Positions 54,229 to 64,000 are shown, counted from the first letter of the stretch. The stretch: 64,000 bases of DNA from an uncultured Candidatus Saccharibacteria bacterium (GCA_964386665.1 CAYLQP010000003.1:28731-92730); one strand, 5' to 3'. Numbers and translations are program-made. Notes: generated from the sequence alone by a model not told the origin.

Positions 54229-54972
54229 TTAACCCAATAAACTAAATCCTTCTTTTGCCCCAAGAACCGTAAGTAATGTTTTTACAAGAAGCCATCCCAT
54301 AAGCACAAACAAGATTCCCATAAACGTTTTACTAAAAATGCCGTGGGCTTGCTCTATTTTACCACCATTTCCAAAAGCTGTCATATAAAGAAAACCTGCA
54401 TACGCAAACGCAATGGCTGACAATGATGCAGCAATATAAACCAAAAATTCAATAATACGGTTTATTAAAATAATAATATCTCTCCAACCACATCCTCCAG
54501 CATCTTTCCCAAACGTTGGATTATCTACGCAGTTTGGGGGTACTATCTGGAAATTTTCGTTCACAGGATCTCCTGTATTTTTGATATCAAGCTCTATTCG
54601 ATCTTCTTGAGAGAGACCTGGTACAAATGAAGGATCAGTTAATTCTTCATCCGCATAACTACTAAATTCATTTATAAAATCTTCTCTAAATCCTGCGTTA
54701 CTTTCATACAAACCATCAAGTTCGTCTGGATCATATTGACTATAATCATCGTGTGAATTAATAAAATCAATTAATAATTCACGAATAAGCGCTCCTTGCG
54801 GATCAGTTGGCTCATCTCCAAATGAATAATTTTCAAAATACCAAAGAACAGTTTCTTGAGGAAGTGTAGAGATTTGTTGTGCCTTTATATGAGACGAAAC
54901 TACTCCTCCTCCAACAAAAAAGAGGGTTGCAAAAAAAATGGAATATATCTTTTTATTTATTGTATTCATCAA
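54229..54972 (-). CDS. Larger secreted acidic protein carrying the same C-terminal two-helix hairpin module, paralog 7
   Basis: Signal peptide, a ~150-aa D/E-rich ectodomain, then …IEFLVYIAASLSAIAFAYAGFLYM-TAFGNGGKIEQAHG-IFSKTFMGILFVLMGWLLV…. Confidence 0.5.
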   Translation of the reverse strand: MMNTINKKIYSIFFATLFFVGGGVVSSHIKAQQISTLPQETVLWYFENYSFGDEPTDPQGALIRELLIDFINSHDDYSQYDPDELDGLYESNAGFREDFINEFSSYADEELTDPSFVPGLSQEDRIELDIKNTGDPVNENFQIVPPNCVDNPTFGKDAGGCGWRDIIILINRIIEFLVYIAASLSAIAFAYAGFLYMTAFGNGGKIEQAHGIFSKTFMGILFVLMGWLLVKTLLTVLGAKEGFSLLG

Positions 54973-56266
54973 GTATTTCTTTTAATTCTTTTTGGAATTG
55001 GACAACTGCACCCAACACTAATTCTTTTCCACTTGTTACTGATTCTATCATACTCTTAAATAAATTTGCGGTAGTAGCATAATCAGGATCAAGCCAAGAC
55101 TTTGACCATAATGCTGATTTCCAGACCACATCAAGTACCCCACTTCCAGGTGGGTTAGCAAGCATATCACGACGGACTGGTGCCATTTTGTTTACATCAG
55201 AGAACTTTTCTTGAAAAGTAGTGTTTGTAAGAACAAAAGCGGTATTAAGCATTGCAGCTTTGTTTGGTGATGCATCAACAATTGCGATTCCATACACATT
55301 ACCAAAAGTAACTTTCTTAGCTGCTCCGGTTGCTTGTGGGAGAAATGCAATATCAAGGTTAAGGTTTGGATTTTTTGACCGGAGTGTCGCAGCTTCTGAT
55401 CCAAAACCAATATACATCGCACTATCTGATCCCAAAAACATAGTAAGCGCATCTGGCAAAGCTCTTGACCAACTAAACAAAGGAGAGGCCGGATCAGCAA
55501 ACTCCGTGAAGTATGTAAGCACTGTTTGAAGTGGACTTACTTCAAGTCCAGTAAGAGTTTCGAGAACATCTTCTTGAAATTTATTTTCTTTTTGAAGGAC
55601 TATTTTGCCTCCTGATTGAAGTGTCATAGCACCAATAATTTCTTTTGCACGTGGAATGTTTTGATATTCCCCAAGTGCAATAGCATTTTTTGCGATACTC
55701 TTATCTTCTTTTTTTTCAGTAAATATAGGCACAAGCTTTGTGAGCTCTTCCCAAGTTTCTGGAGTCTTTGTAATCAGTTTTGAATTAAACATATCTCTGT
55801 TCCAATACAACACCAACGGATCAATCAAAAACGGTATTGCATAAGTACCTGACGGTGCAAAAAATATTTCACCAGCTTCACTATACGTATCTTTGAGTGT
55901 TCGCTCTGAAACAGCAGTCCAAGAAATAAGTGTGAGGCGCTTTTGAAGTTTCATCAACAATCTATCAGGAATAATAAGGCCGTCAGGAATACCTGATTTA
56001 TCGAGAAGTGCAGTAACCAAATCTTGTTCAAGTTCTTCTTCGCTTTGCTTCTCAACGTATTCAAGATTGGTTGTTCCTGGAGCTCCAATGTTCGCTTCTT
56101 CTACTATTGGAGTGAATTTATTTTTTTCGATAAGTCCCCAAATAACAACACGAGGGTTTTCTACAGCACCTTTTTTAGTACTTGAAACAGAAAACAAAAT
56201 CACCCCGACAACAGCAAAAAAAATAAATACTCCAGTGACTATGATTTGTATGTTTTCTGATTTCAT
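54953..56266 (-). CDS. Membrane-anchored extracellular solute-binding-protein-like (SBP family 1/MalE-like fold) protein
   Basis: N-terminal TM anchor, then a ~400-aa periplasmic-binding-protein-like domain. Its stop overlaps the start of paralog 7 by 20 nt. No permease or ATPase lies nearby. Confidence 0.45.
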   Translation of the reverse strand: MKSENIQIIVTGVFIFFAVVGVILFSVSSTKKGAVENPRVVIWGLIEKNKFTPIVEEANIGAPGTTNLEYVEKQSEEELEQDLVTALLDKSGIPDGLIIPDRLLMKLQKRLTLISWTAVSERTLKDTYSEAGEIFFAPSGTYAIPFLIDPLVLYWNRDMFNSKLITKTPETWEELTKLVPIFTEKKEDKSIAKNAIALGEYQNIPRAKEIIGAMTLQSGGKIVLQKENKFQEDVLETLTGLEVSPLQTVLTYFTEFADPASPLFSWSRALPDALTMFLGSDSAMYIGFGSEAATLRSKNPNLNLDIAFLPQATGAAKKVTFGNVYGIAIVDASPNKAAMLNTAFVLTNTTFQEKFSDVNKMAPVRRDMLANPPGSGVLDVVWKSALWSKSWLDPDYATTANLFKSMIESVTSGKELVLGAVVQFQKELKEILDEYNK

Positions 56267-56325
56267 TATTTTTGAAATAGGTTCTTTCTATTTTATACGA
56301 GAGTATCCAAAATAGAAAGCGAGTT

Positions 56326-56853
56326 TTACACTTTTTTAAATATGAGCGCATAATGATATCGATGTGCATCAATCTCTTTTTGCAACTCAAATGATTCTGC
56401 TTCAAATAATTTGATTGCATCAGATTGAAATACAATATGTTCTGACTTTGGACCAATACCTCCAAACGAATCAAGCCACTCAACAAATAGCACTCTTCCT
56501 CCTTTTTTTAACAAACGAAAAGCTTCCTTGATAGTTTGTTGCTTCTGTTCAATGGTAAAAAACACATTTGCCATCACCACAAGATCAAGTGATCCGTCTC
56601 GAAGAGGAGTTCCATTGTATGTTTCGATATTACCTGACAAAATCTCGACAGTATGTAACGCTTGTGCGGTAATATCATTAAATATCTTTTTTAATAAGTC
56701 TTTATTACTTCCAATACAAAATAACTTACCATCATCACGAAGGGTTCGAGCTATCTCAAGAGGAAAAAAAGATTCATATGCCTCAAAAACTCCGATATAC
56801 ATTCCAGGTGAAATGTGTGTGTGAGCTATAATTTGTTTTGGATTTAAGAACAT
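56326..56853 (-). CDS. Class I SAM-dependent methyltransferase
   Basis: …LFCIGSNKDLL… glycine-rich motif I and …LLKKGGRVLFVEW… motif. The track start at 56922 would run into the terminator palindrome, so a later Met is preferred. Confidence 0.55.
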   Translation of the reverse strand: MFLNPKQIIAHTHISPGMYIGVFEAYESFFPLEIARTLRDDGKLFCIGSNKDLLKKIFNDITAQALHTVEILSGNIETYNGTPLRDGSLDLVVMANVFFTIEQKQQTIKEAFRLLKKGGRVLFVEWLDSFGGIGPKSEHIVFQSDAIKLFEAESFELQKEIDAHRYHYALIFKKV

Positions 56854-56895
56854 AAAATATGTACCTTCAATTATATAATGAAAAGAGAATAAATA

Positions 56896-56950
56896 AAAAT
56901 GCCGTGTTTTTTGTTTGACCAATAGTCAAACAAAAAACACGGCATTTTTA
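56896..56950. terminator. Bidirectional terminator (22-bp perfect palindrome) downstream of gyrA
   Basis: aatgccgtgttttttgtttgac-caata-gtcaaacaaaaaacacggcatt flanked by A and T runs. Confidence 0.6.
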
Positions 56951-56985
56951 TTTTAAAATTTTAAAACAGAATCAAAACCTACTTT

Positions 56986-59463
56986 TTATAAACAAATCAG
57001 TGAAGCAAGTGAATCTCCTTCCCGAAGTTTCATAATCCGCACTCCCTGTGTATCTCTTCCAAGTGAAGGAATCTCTGTGAGACCACATCGTATTACCTGA
57101 CTTTTCTTTGAGATAGCAATTACCTCTTCAATTTCTGGGTATACAATTTTTGCAGCAATAAGGTTACCTGTTTTTGTAGTAGTCTTAACACATTTCACTC
57201 CTGAACCTCCTCGTCCTTGAATCTTGTATTCAGATACTGATGTTTTTTTACCATATCCATTTGAAGACATCACAAACACCTCTGCGTCTTTTATTCCTTT
57301 TTTGATACAATCAGCTCCGACAACACTTCCCCCTTTACTTAGTTTCATTACTCGTACACCTCCTGCGTTTCTTCCCATCTCTCTTACTTCTCCTGCTTCA
57401 AATCGGATTGATTGACCATCACTTGAAACAAGCATCACCGTATCGTCTTTTGTCACAAAAGATGCTGAAACAAGCTCATCACCTTTATCAAGTCCAATCG
57501 CGATAATTCCACTGCGGCGCACATCATGGAAACTTTCTGCTGCAACTCGTTTACCTGTTCCTTGTTTTGTCACCAAGAAGAGTGAAAGATCACTTCCCTT
57601 CTTTACATCTTTTGGCATCGGTAGAATTGAAGTAATTTTTTCGTCATTTTGAATTGCAAGGAAATTCATAATCGACTTTCCTCTAGTTGCTCGTTTTCCT
57701 TCTGGAATTTCATACATCTTAATTTGATATACCTTACCTTTGTCAGTAAAGAAAAGTAATTCTGAATGATTTGTAGTAGTAATCAAGTGAGTAATGAAAT
57801 CCTCTTCTTTTGTATCAATATCAATCACACCAACTCCACCACGTTTTTGTTTTTTGAATTCATCGGGATGAGTTCGTTTGATGTAGCCTCCTGATGTGTA
57901 CACAAGTACGCTTTCTTCATCGGGAATCACATCTTCAATTGAAAACGATTTCGCCTCGTGTGCAAACACCTTTGTACGTCTTTCGTCAGCAAATTTTTCT
58001 CGAATAGCAACCAGCTCGTCTTTGATGATTTTTGGAATTCGTTTTGGGTTTTCGAGGATATCTCTAAGGTCCTTAATAAGCTCTCGAATAGCATCGAGTT
58101 CGTCTTCGATTTTCTTTCGTTCAAGACCCGCGAGTTTTTGGAGTCGCATTTCAAGAATTGCGTTTGCCTGTCGTTCTGAAAACTTAAACTCTTTTATAAG
58201 TCCTGCTCTTGCTTCATCTACTGTTTTTGATTTTTTGATAAGTTTAATAATCTCATCAATATGATCTAACGCTTTTTTAAGTCCAGCAAGAATATGTTCT
58301 CGATCAAGTGCTTTTGCAAGATCAAATTCTGTTCTTCTTTTGATAACATCTTTTCTGTGTTTTACAAACTCTTCAAGGAAACTTTTGAGTCCAAGTGTTT
58401 GAGGAACCCCATCTACAAGGGCTACAAGGTTAAAGTGAAATGGTTCTTCAAGTCTAGTATGTTTATACAAAAAGTTAAGTACATTTTGAGCGTAGGCACC
58501 TTTTTTAAGTTCAATAACAATACGAATATCTTTTGTTGATTCATCTCGCAAGTCTTTGATACCTTCAAGTTTCTTGTCTCGAACAAGATCTGCAATCGAC
58601 ATAATGAGTTCCGCCTTGTTTACTCGAAACGGAATAGAGCTCACAATAATAGTTGAATACCCTGCTTTATCTTCAACAATCTCTGCCTCTCCTCGCACTA
58701 CTACTCCACCTCGTCCTGTTGTATAAGCTTGAACTAAATCTTTTTTACCAAAAATAATTCCACCTGTTGGAAAGTCTGGTGCCTTAATAAACTGAAGAAG
58801 GTCCTCTGTTGTTGCGTCTTTGTTATCTACCAAATGCACAGTCGCATCAATAAGCTCTCCAAGGTTATGAGGAGGAATGTTTGTTGCCATTCCAACTGCA
58901 ATTCCAAGCGTTCCATTCAAAAGCAAGTTAGGAAGAGCCGCTGGAAGTACCTTTGGTTCTTTTCGTGTGTTTTCATAGTTTGGTTGCCAATCAACAGAAT
59001 CTTTTTCAATATCTCGAAGCATCTCAAGAGACACTTTAGACATTTTTGCTTCTGTATATCTGTCTGCCGCTGGAGGGTCACCATCGATTGATCCGAAGTT
59101 TCCTTGACCGATTGCAAGTGGATATCGCATCGTGAAATCTTGGGCAAGCTTCACAAGTGCTTCATATGCCGCGACAGTTCCGTGTGGGTGATAGTTACCT
59201 GTTACGTCTCCAATGATCTTTGCACTTTTTCGAGTCTTCCCCCCAGGATTTAGTCCAAGTTCATACATAGTGTACAAGATTCTTCGGTGTACTGGCTTAA
59301 GCCCATCACGAATATCAGGAAGTGCACGATCAGTAATCACTGACATTGCATAGTCAATGTAACTTTCACGCATTTCGGAAACAAGACTTCGTGGCACAAC
59401 ATTGATATGTGCTGGTTTTTCTTCCGGAACTGGAGATTCTTGTTTTTTAGGGTTTTTTGCCAT
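56986..59463 (-). CDS. gyrA: DNA gyrase subunit A
   Basis: …[12 protein letters not shown]… around the active-site Tyr, a QRDR-like region (…[14 protein letters not shown]…), and a GyrA-box-like QKRGGVG in the C-terminal β-pinwheel. Confidence 0.9.
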   Translation of the reverse strand: MAKNPKKQESPVPEEKPAHINVVPRSLVSEMRESYIDYAMSVITDRALPDIRDGLKPVHRRILYTMYELGLNPGGKTRKSAKIIGDVTGNYHPHGTVAAYEALVKLAQDFTMRYPLAIGQGNFGSIDGDPPAADRYTEAKMSKVSLEMLRDIEKDSVDWQPNYENTRKEPKVLPAALPNLLLNGTLGIAVGMATNIPPHNLGELIDATVHLVDNKDATTEDLLQFIKAPDFPTGGIIFGKKDLVQAYTTGRGGVVVRGEAEIVEDKAGYSTIIVSSIPFRVNKAELIMSIADLVRDKKLEGIKDLRDESTKDIRIVIELKKGAYAQNVLNFLYKHTRLEEPFHFNLVALVDGVPQTLGLKSFLEEFVKHRKDVIKRRTEFDLAKALDREHILAGLKKALDHIDEIIKLIKKSKTVDEARAGLIKEFKFSERQANAILEMRLQKLAGLERKKIEDELDAIRELIKDLRDILENPKRIPKIIKDELVAIREKFADERRTKVFAHEAKSFSIEDVIPDEESVLVYTSGGYIKRTHPDEFKKQKRGGVGVIDIDTKEEDFITHLITTTNHSELLFFTDKGKVYQIKMYEIPEGKRATRGKSIMNFLAIQNDEKITSILPMPKDVKKGSDLSLFLVTKQGTGKRVAAESFHDVRRSGIIAIGLDKGDELVSASFVTKDDTVMLVSSDGQSIRFEAGEVREMGRNAGGVRVMKLSKGGSVVGADCIKKGIKDAEVFVMSSNGYGKKTSVSEYKIQGRGGSGVKCVKTTTKTGNLIAAKIVYPEIEEVIAISKKSQVIRCGLTEIPSLGRDTQGVRIMKLREGDSLASLICL

Positions 59464-59489
59464 TGTATGATTAATTAATTTCTAAATAT

Positions 59490-59834
59490 TTAGTTATGTG
59501 ATGATGTGTGTACTGTATCTGTTGTCGAAGCAGGAACTATTGTATCAGATTTCTTTTCTTCTTTTAAGATGTCGGTATTTGTAATAATGGCAGAAGTAAA
59601 ATCTTTGACTTCACCAACAATATGTTTAAACCCAACAAACGCCCCTGACATCTGTTCACCAAACTGACTAAAAAAAGCACTTCCTTTCTCTTTTGTTTCA
59701 GTTGCAACTGCTTTTGTCTCAAAAAAGTTTTGTTGTACCCATACTACCAAAAGTCCCATCGAAAAAAATCCAGCAAAGAATATAGCAACACTCTTTTTGA
59801 AACTATCATCTTTTTCTCGTAACTTTGAAAACAT
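59490..59834 (-). CDS. Membrane protein (114 aa), hypothetical
   Basis: One TM helix and a Thr-rich tail, ORF only. Confidence 0.35.
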   Translation of the reverse strand: MFSKLREKDDSFKKSVAIFFAGFFSMGLLVVWVQQNFFETKAVATETKEKGSAFFSQFGEQMSGAFVGFKHIVGEVKDFTSAIITNTDILKEEKKSDTIVPASTTDTVHTSSHN

Positions 59835-59846
59835 CAGGTTCTTGGT

Positions 59847-60470
59847 TTAGTTTGTAAGAAGTACGATCTCAGCAACTTTACCTTCTACGTCTTTTTTCTT
59901 GAGAGTAAGCTTTTCAAGTTCTTCTGGCTTCTTTCCCCCCGCTTCTTTTACAAAAAGCTTTATTTCTTCTTCGTCTCCAAGAGGAATAATCATATGAGGC
60001 TCAAGAGATACCGCAAGCTTGTGAGCATCGTTACTTCTGAGCATATCTTTTGAAAGAGGTACAAAAAGAATATCAATATCCGTAAGTGATTCAGATGCTT
60101 CATCACTTAGTTTTGTATCACTAATTGCTCCGAGAATACAAATATGAAGTCCATCCATAGTGACTGAAAAAACCGTATTAACATATTCTCCATCATCATA
60201 TGTAGAACCCGACAGAAATCCTTTGATAAAAGTCCCTTTCACCTCAAACTCACCTGGAGTATTGATCACAAAAGGCACCTTTTCACCGAAGGTCATATCT
60301 GATGCCCCGTTGAAGTCTGGATGGTTAATAGAAACCAAAGCAACATCTGCACCAAACTTACTTGATTTGAGAGATGACTCTTTAGAAATGGGATTTACAG
60401 CAAAAACCGTATCCCCTGTTTGAAGCTTAATAGAATGATGTCCGTTTGATGTAATAATCATAGGAAACAT
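59847..60470 (-). CDS. Metallo-β-lactamase-fold hydrolase (UPF0173-like)
   Basis: 207 aa; …HPDFNG…D… and H-rich motifs consistent with an MBL fold. Confidence 0.45.
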   Translation of the reverse strand: MFPMIITSNGHHSIKLQTGDTVFAVNPISKESSLKSSKFGADVALVSINHPDFNGASDMTFGEKVPFVINTPGEFEVKGTFIKGFLSGSTYDDGEYVNTVFSVTMDGLHICILGAISDTKLSDEASESLTDIDILFVPLSKDMLRSNDAHKLAVSLEPHMIIPLGDEEEIKLFVKEAGGKKPEELEKLTLKKKDVEGKVAEIVLLTN

Positions 60471-60663
60471 TGTATCACAGACGAAATGATTTTCAATTTA
60501 AACCTAGTTTTGTAAACTCAGGATCTTGTGGTATAGTATCCCTGTTCATTTAATAGCCGTTTTGTTGTATTAACCTCGTCTTGTGAAGTTGCTTATGGGT
60601 TGGATTCTTCCGCCTGTATTATGAGAAATTCAGACGAACTACAACAAAACCATTTATCAAAAA

Positions 60664-61797
60664 ATGACAAAAGCAAAAAGTGCTTCTGCATTAACCGCAG
60701 AAGAAGAAATTATTAGTGAAGAAATTGCAAAGCAAAATCCAGTAATGGATAAAGTGCTCGCTGATTCTGCAACCCCTCCTTCTATGGGAGATCTTGTAGA
60801 AGGACCTGTTGTTGCAATCGAACGAGGAGCGGTATATATCGACCTTCGACCGTTTGGAACTGGAATTATCTTTGGACGAGAATACATCGCTGTTCGAGAT
60901 ATCATCCGAAAGATAAATATTGGAGATACTGTTGCAGCAAAGATTGTTGATAACAAGAGTAAAGAAGGTTACATCGAACTTTCACTCAAAGAAGCAAAAC
61001 AAGCACTTGTATGGAGTGAAGCTGAAAAAGCAATCAAAGAAAAGAAAGTCTTTGAAATCGCTCCAACAGAAGCAAACAAAGGAGGACTCATTATGAACTG
61101 GCAAGGAATTCAAGGATTTCTTCCTGCAAGTCAACTTAAGAGTGAACACTACCCACGAGTAATGGACGGTGACAAAGACCGAATTCTTGATGAACTTCGA
61201 AAACTTCTGAGTGAAAAGCTCGCAGTATGTATCATCGGAGCAGATCCAAAAACAGGAAAACTCATCTTCTCTGAAAAGAACCAAGGAGAAAAAGAGCGAG
61301 AAAAAGTTGTTAACAAATACAATGTAGGAGATGTAATGAATGGTGAAGTAACTGGTATCGTTGACTTCGGAGTGTTTGTTAAGGTTGAAGAAGGACTTGA
61401 AGGACTTGTTCACATTTCAGAAATCGACTGGGGACTTGTTGAAGATCCACGAGCACTCTTCAAAGTTGGAGACAAAGTAAAAGTAAAAGTAATTGAAGTA
61501 AAAGATGGTAAAATCTCTCTTTCTATCAAAGCCCTCAAAGACAATCCTTGGGTTGAAGCTTCAAAGAAATACAAAAAAGATGATGTAGTACAAGGTGTTG
61601 TAATCAAATTCAATCGACACGGAGCGCTTGCTTCTATCGAAGAAGGAGTTGCAGGACTTGTTCATATTTCTGACTTTGGAAACGAAGATAAGCTTCGAGG
61701 AAGTCTAGAACTTGGAAAGAGTTACTCATTCAAGATCACTCTCTTTGATCCAAAAGATCAAAAAATGGCATTGTCATTTCAAGGAGACAAGAAGTAG
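60664..61797 (+). CDS. rpsA: 30S ribosomal protein S1 (four S1 domains)
   Basis: Repeated S1 OB-fold motifs (…GDLVEGPVVAIERGAVYIDL…, …VGDVMNGEVTGIVDFGVFVKV…). Confidence 0.8.
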   Translation: MTKAKSASALTAEEEIISEEIAKQNPVMDKVLADSATPPSMGDLVEGPVVAIERGAVYIDLRPFGTGIIFGREYIAVRDIIRKINIGDTVAAKIVDNKSKEGYIELSLKEAKQALVWSEAEKAIKEKKVFEIAPTEANKGGLIMNWQGIQGFLPASQLKSEHYPRVMDGDKDRILDELRKLLSEKLAVCIIGADPKTGKLIFSEKNQGEKEREKVVNKYNVGDVMNGEVTGIVDFGVFVKVEEGLEGLVHISEIDWGLVEDPRALFKVGDKVKVKVIEVKDGKISLSIKALKDNPWVEASKKYKKDDVVQGVVIKFNRHGALASIEEGVAGLVHISDFGNEDKLRGSLELGKSYSFKITLFDPKDQKMALSFQGDKK

Positions 61798-61827
61798 AAA
61801 AGAGTTTTTAGATTGTAGTTAAAACAA

Positions 61828-61862
61828 AAAAGCCGCGCCCTCCGGGCGCGGCTTTTTTGTTT
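61828..61862. terminator. Bidirectional terminator (rpsA/pth)
   Basis: aaaaaa-gccgcgccc-tcc-gggcgcggc-tttttt. Confidence 0.65.
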
Positions 61863-61901
61863 TATTCTCTTACATTCAACAATCTACATTCCAGATTCAA
61901 T

Positions 61902-62486
61902 CTAATTAAATCTGTTCTCTGCCTTCACTCTCCCTAGACTTACAATCACTTCCATTACTTCAAAAATCTTTTTGGTTACTTTTTTTATTTCCTCTTCTTC
62001 ACTCTTCTTAAATCCACTTATAATAAAATCTGGATTTTCTTTCATATCTGGCTTCTTGAGCTTGCCTGTAGGTGTCACAGGACATACCCCAATCCGAATC
62101 CGAATAAATCCTTCTGATTTCAAAGCTTTTTTAATTGATTCAACCCCTTTGTGTCCCCCACTCCCACGATTACAAACAATCTTGATTGCTCCAACAGGTA
62201 AATCAATATCATCATGAAGTACAACGAGCTCATCAAGTTTTTTTGGATTAACCTTAAGTGCTGAAACTGTCTTTCCTGAAAGATTCATAAATGTTTGCGG
62301 GAACAAACATTGAATCTGTTTTCCTCCAATTTCTAATTTTGTTTTAAGTGCCTGTAACACCTTATCACTTTTCCATTGTGCATTTTGTTTTTTTGCACAC
62401 GCCAGCAACACATCTGCACCAATGTTATGTCTTGTACCAATATATTCTTCTCCAGGATTTCCAAGTCCGACAAATATGTAACTCAT
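61902..62486 (-). CDS. pth: Peptidyl-tRNA hydrolase
   Basis: MSYIFVGLGNPGEEYIGTRHNIG…. Confidence 0.9.
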   Translation of the reverse strand: MSYIFVGLGNPGEEYIGTRHNIGADVLLACAKKQNAQWKSDKVLQALKTKLEIGGKQIQCLFPQTFMNLSGKTVSALKVNPKKLDELVVLHDDIDLPVGAIKIVCNRGSGGHKGVESIKKALKSEGFIRIRIGVCPVTPTGKLKKPDMKENPDFIISGFKKSEEEEIKKVTKKIFEVMEVIVSLGRVKAENRFN

Positions 62487-62549
62487 ATAATTAAAAAATT
62501 TTTATTAGCTTGCGTCAATAAGCATCACTATAATATCATACGGTAACAA

Positions 62550-63119
62550 ATGGAACAAAAAGAAACTGTAACAAAACAAAAAAGTTTTTTTAGAGAACTA
62601 ATAGAAATAATATTTTTTGTTGCAGTAATCGTCATTCCAATCCAAACTTTTGTCGGACGAACATTTATTGTTATCGGCAACTCAATGTTTCCAACATTTG
62701 AAAACAAAGATTATCTCATAGTTGATAAACTAACGTACCACTTCAAAGCCCCTTCTCGTGGAGATGTTATTGTATTCCACCCTCCTATCAATGAAAAAAC
62801 ATACTACATCAAACGCGTTATCGGACTTCCCGGTGAAACGGTCATTGTCAAAAAAAATGAAGTCACCATTATCAACGAAGCATTTCCAGAAGGTGTCACG
62901 CTTGAACAACCATACGCATCTTCTCTAGGCGAATCAGAATCAAATCTCACATTAAAGGCAGATGAATACTTCGTAATGGGAGATAACCGTGCAGTGAGTT
63001 CGGATTCACGAGTATGGGGTATTCTTCCAAAAGAAAATATTTCTGGACGCGCATTTATGAGACTCTATCCATTTACAAAGATAGACATATGGCCAGGAGC
63101 ATTAGAACAATCAATATAA
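62550..63119 (+). CDS. lepB: Signal peptidase I
   Basis: Box B GNSMFPTF (catalytic Ser), box D KRVIGLPGE, box E GDNRAVSSDSR. Confidence 0.85.
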   Translation: MEQKETVTKQKSFFRELIEIIFFVAVIVIPIQTFVGRTFIVIGNSMFPTFENKDYLIVDKLTYHFKAPSRGDVIVFHPPINEKTYYIKRVIGLPGETVIVKKNEVTIINEAFPEGVTLEQPYASSLGESESNLTLKADEYFVMGDNRAVSSDSRVWGILPKENISGRAFMRLYPFTKIDIWPGALEQSI

Positions 63120-63121
63120 CT

Positions 63122-64000
63122 ATGCCAAACAAACCAAAAGAAAAAGGAAAGAAAATTTCCCCAGAAATAGAAAAGGCGGTCACAATTGCATCTCATTATG
63201 GATTCTCTCCTCTCCCTGAAACACTAATTGAAAAGGAAGACATCAATCACGCAAAAAAATTTCACGAATCTCATCTCAAAATCCTTCATCCATTCAAAGA
63301 AAAGACACACCGATTTTCTGGGTATCTTGAAGAAAAGATTTCCCTCCTTCGTCATTTTCTGACAAAAAAATATATCGATATGCCTCAACCACTCACCGCA
63401 TGCTACACAGGACCTCTTAAAGGCAATCCCCATATTAAGGAACATACCGATGAAGAAAGTTTCAATCTTGAAATTATCGGATCAAACAAAAGTATCAGTG
63501 ATGCAACAATTATCGAAACGACACTCGTCATCCTCAAAGACCGTTATCCAGGTGAAACATTCAACGTTGAAATCAACACTATTGGAGACAAAGATGCGAG
63601 TATAAAATTTGCAAAAGAACTTTCAACTTTTGTAAAAAAAGAGTCAAGTAAACTCAACAAGACCTGCAAAGAACTCATAAAAAAAGATATCTATAACCTC
63701 TTTTCTTGTAACCATGCCACCTGTATTGAAATACAACAGAAGGCACCCAAATCTCTCACGTATCTTTCAGAATCAAGTCGATCACATTTCAAAGAGGTTC
63801 TTGAATATCTTGAATCACTCGATATTGCCTACTCTATCAACCACTCACTCATCGGAAGTCGCAGCTACTGTACAGATACTATTTTTGAAATTTATAGTAC
63901 AAAGAAAAACGGTACAACTTCTATAGTAGCTATAGGTGAACGTTACAACCATCTCGCAAAAAAGATTTGGGGTAAACGAGAAATTCCTGCTATTGGAGTA
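63122..64000 (+). CDS. hisS: Histidyl-tRNA synthetase-like protein, partial (runs off the window); motif 2 degenerate
   Basis: Manual translation from the ATG at 63122. …LESLDIAYSINHSLIGSRSYCTDTIFEIY…AIGERYNHLAKKIWGKREIPAIGV aligns with the HisRS GGRYDGL…PAVGF region, but motif 2 reads YTGPLKGNPH in place of the conserved arginines (FRxE/RxxQF). Confidence 0.55.
   Translation, partial: MPNKPKEKGKKISPEIEKAVTIASHYGFSPLPETLIEKEDINHAKKFHESHLKILHPFKEKTHRFSGYLEEKISLLRHFLTKKYIDMPQPLTACYTGPLKGNPHIKEHTDEESFNLEIIGSNKSISDATIIETTLVILKDRYPGETFNVEINTIGDKDASIKFAKELSTFVKKESSKLNKTCKELIKKDIYNLFSCNHATCIEIQQKAPKSLTYLSESSRSHFKEVLEYLESLDIAYSINHSLIGSRSYCTDTIFEIYSTKKNGTTSIVAIGERYNHLAKKIWGKREIPAIGV

Noticed and set aside
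1-64000. CRISPR arrays, transposases/IS elements, rRNA genes
   Set aside because: No regularly spaced direct repeats with unique spacers were found. No DDE or serine/tyrosine recombinase-like ORFs were seen. No rRNA-like conserved blocks were seen. The only mobile-element hint is the tRNA-Leu 3'-end duplication.

Overview
This is an AT-rich (about 35% GC) bacterial chromosome segment that uses standard stop codons. Its compact, largely housekeeping gene content resembles a Patescibacteria/CPR-like organism. Recognisable genes: a partial sensor histidine kinase, gmk, tyrS, the dnaJ/dnaK/grpE chaperone locus, a ribosomal/RNAP cluster (rpsI-rplM-rplQ-rpoA-rpsD-rpsK-rpsM-rpmJ-infA), alaS, a VanY-like peptidase, a CPA2 antiporter, dgkA-like, rlmD-like, dus, dacA-like, a ClpA/B-like ATPase, ftsQ-like, serS, dprA, topA, parB, tRNA-Leu(CAA), miaA, rpmA, rplI, ctpA, the dcw cluster (murF-ftsI-ftsL-rsmH-mraZ), gyrA, rpsA, pth, lepB and a partial hisS-like gene. 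The main stand-out is a tight tandem array of seven paralogous small membrane proteins at 51849-54972 (five with cleavable signal peptides, one with a lipobox-type signal, one with none), each with a conserved two-helix hairpin and a GD-EEAR loop and resembling VirB2/TrbC pilins. Others: GC-rich islands of foreign composition (gmk/PreA-like/Zn-ribbon; an SPFH pair preceded by a 27-aa hydrophobic peptide mini-gene; a GC-rich ORF between dnaJ and tyrS); a family of short intergenic repeats around tyrS/dnaJ/dnaK; a candidate ncRNA locus upstream of alaS; an att-like duplication of the tRNA-Leu 3' end; a 60-bp operator-like palindrome upstream of dprA; a membrane-anchored Clp-type ATPase with a degenerate first AAA module; and a HisRS-like gene with a degenerate motif 2. 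No CRISPR array, transposase or rRNA gene was seen.
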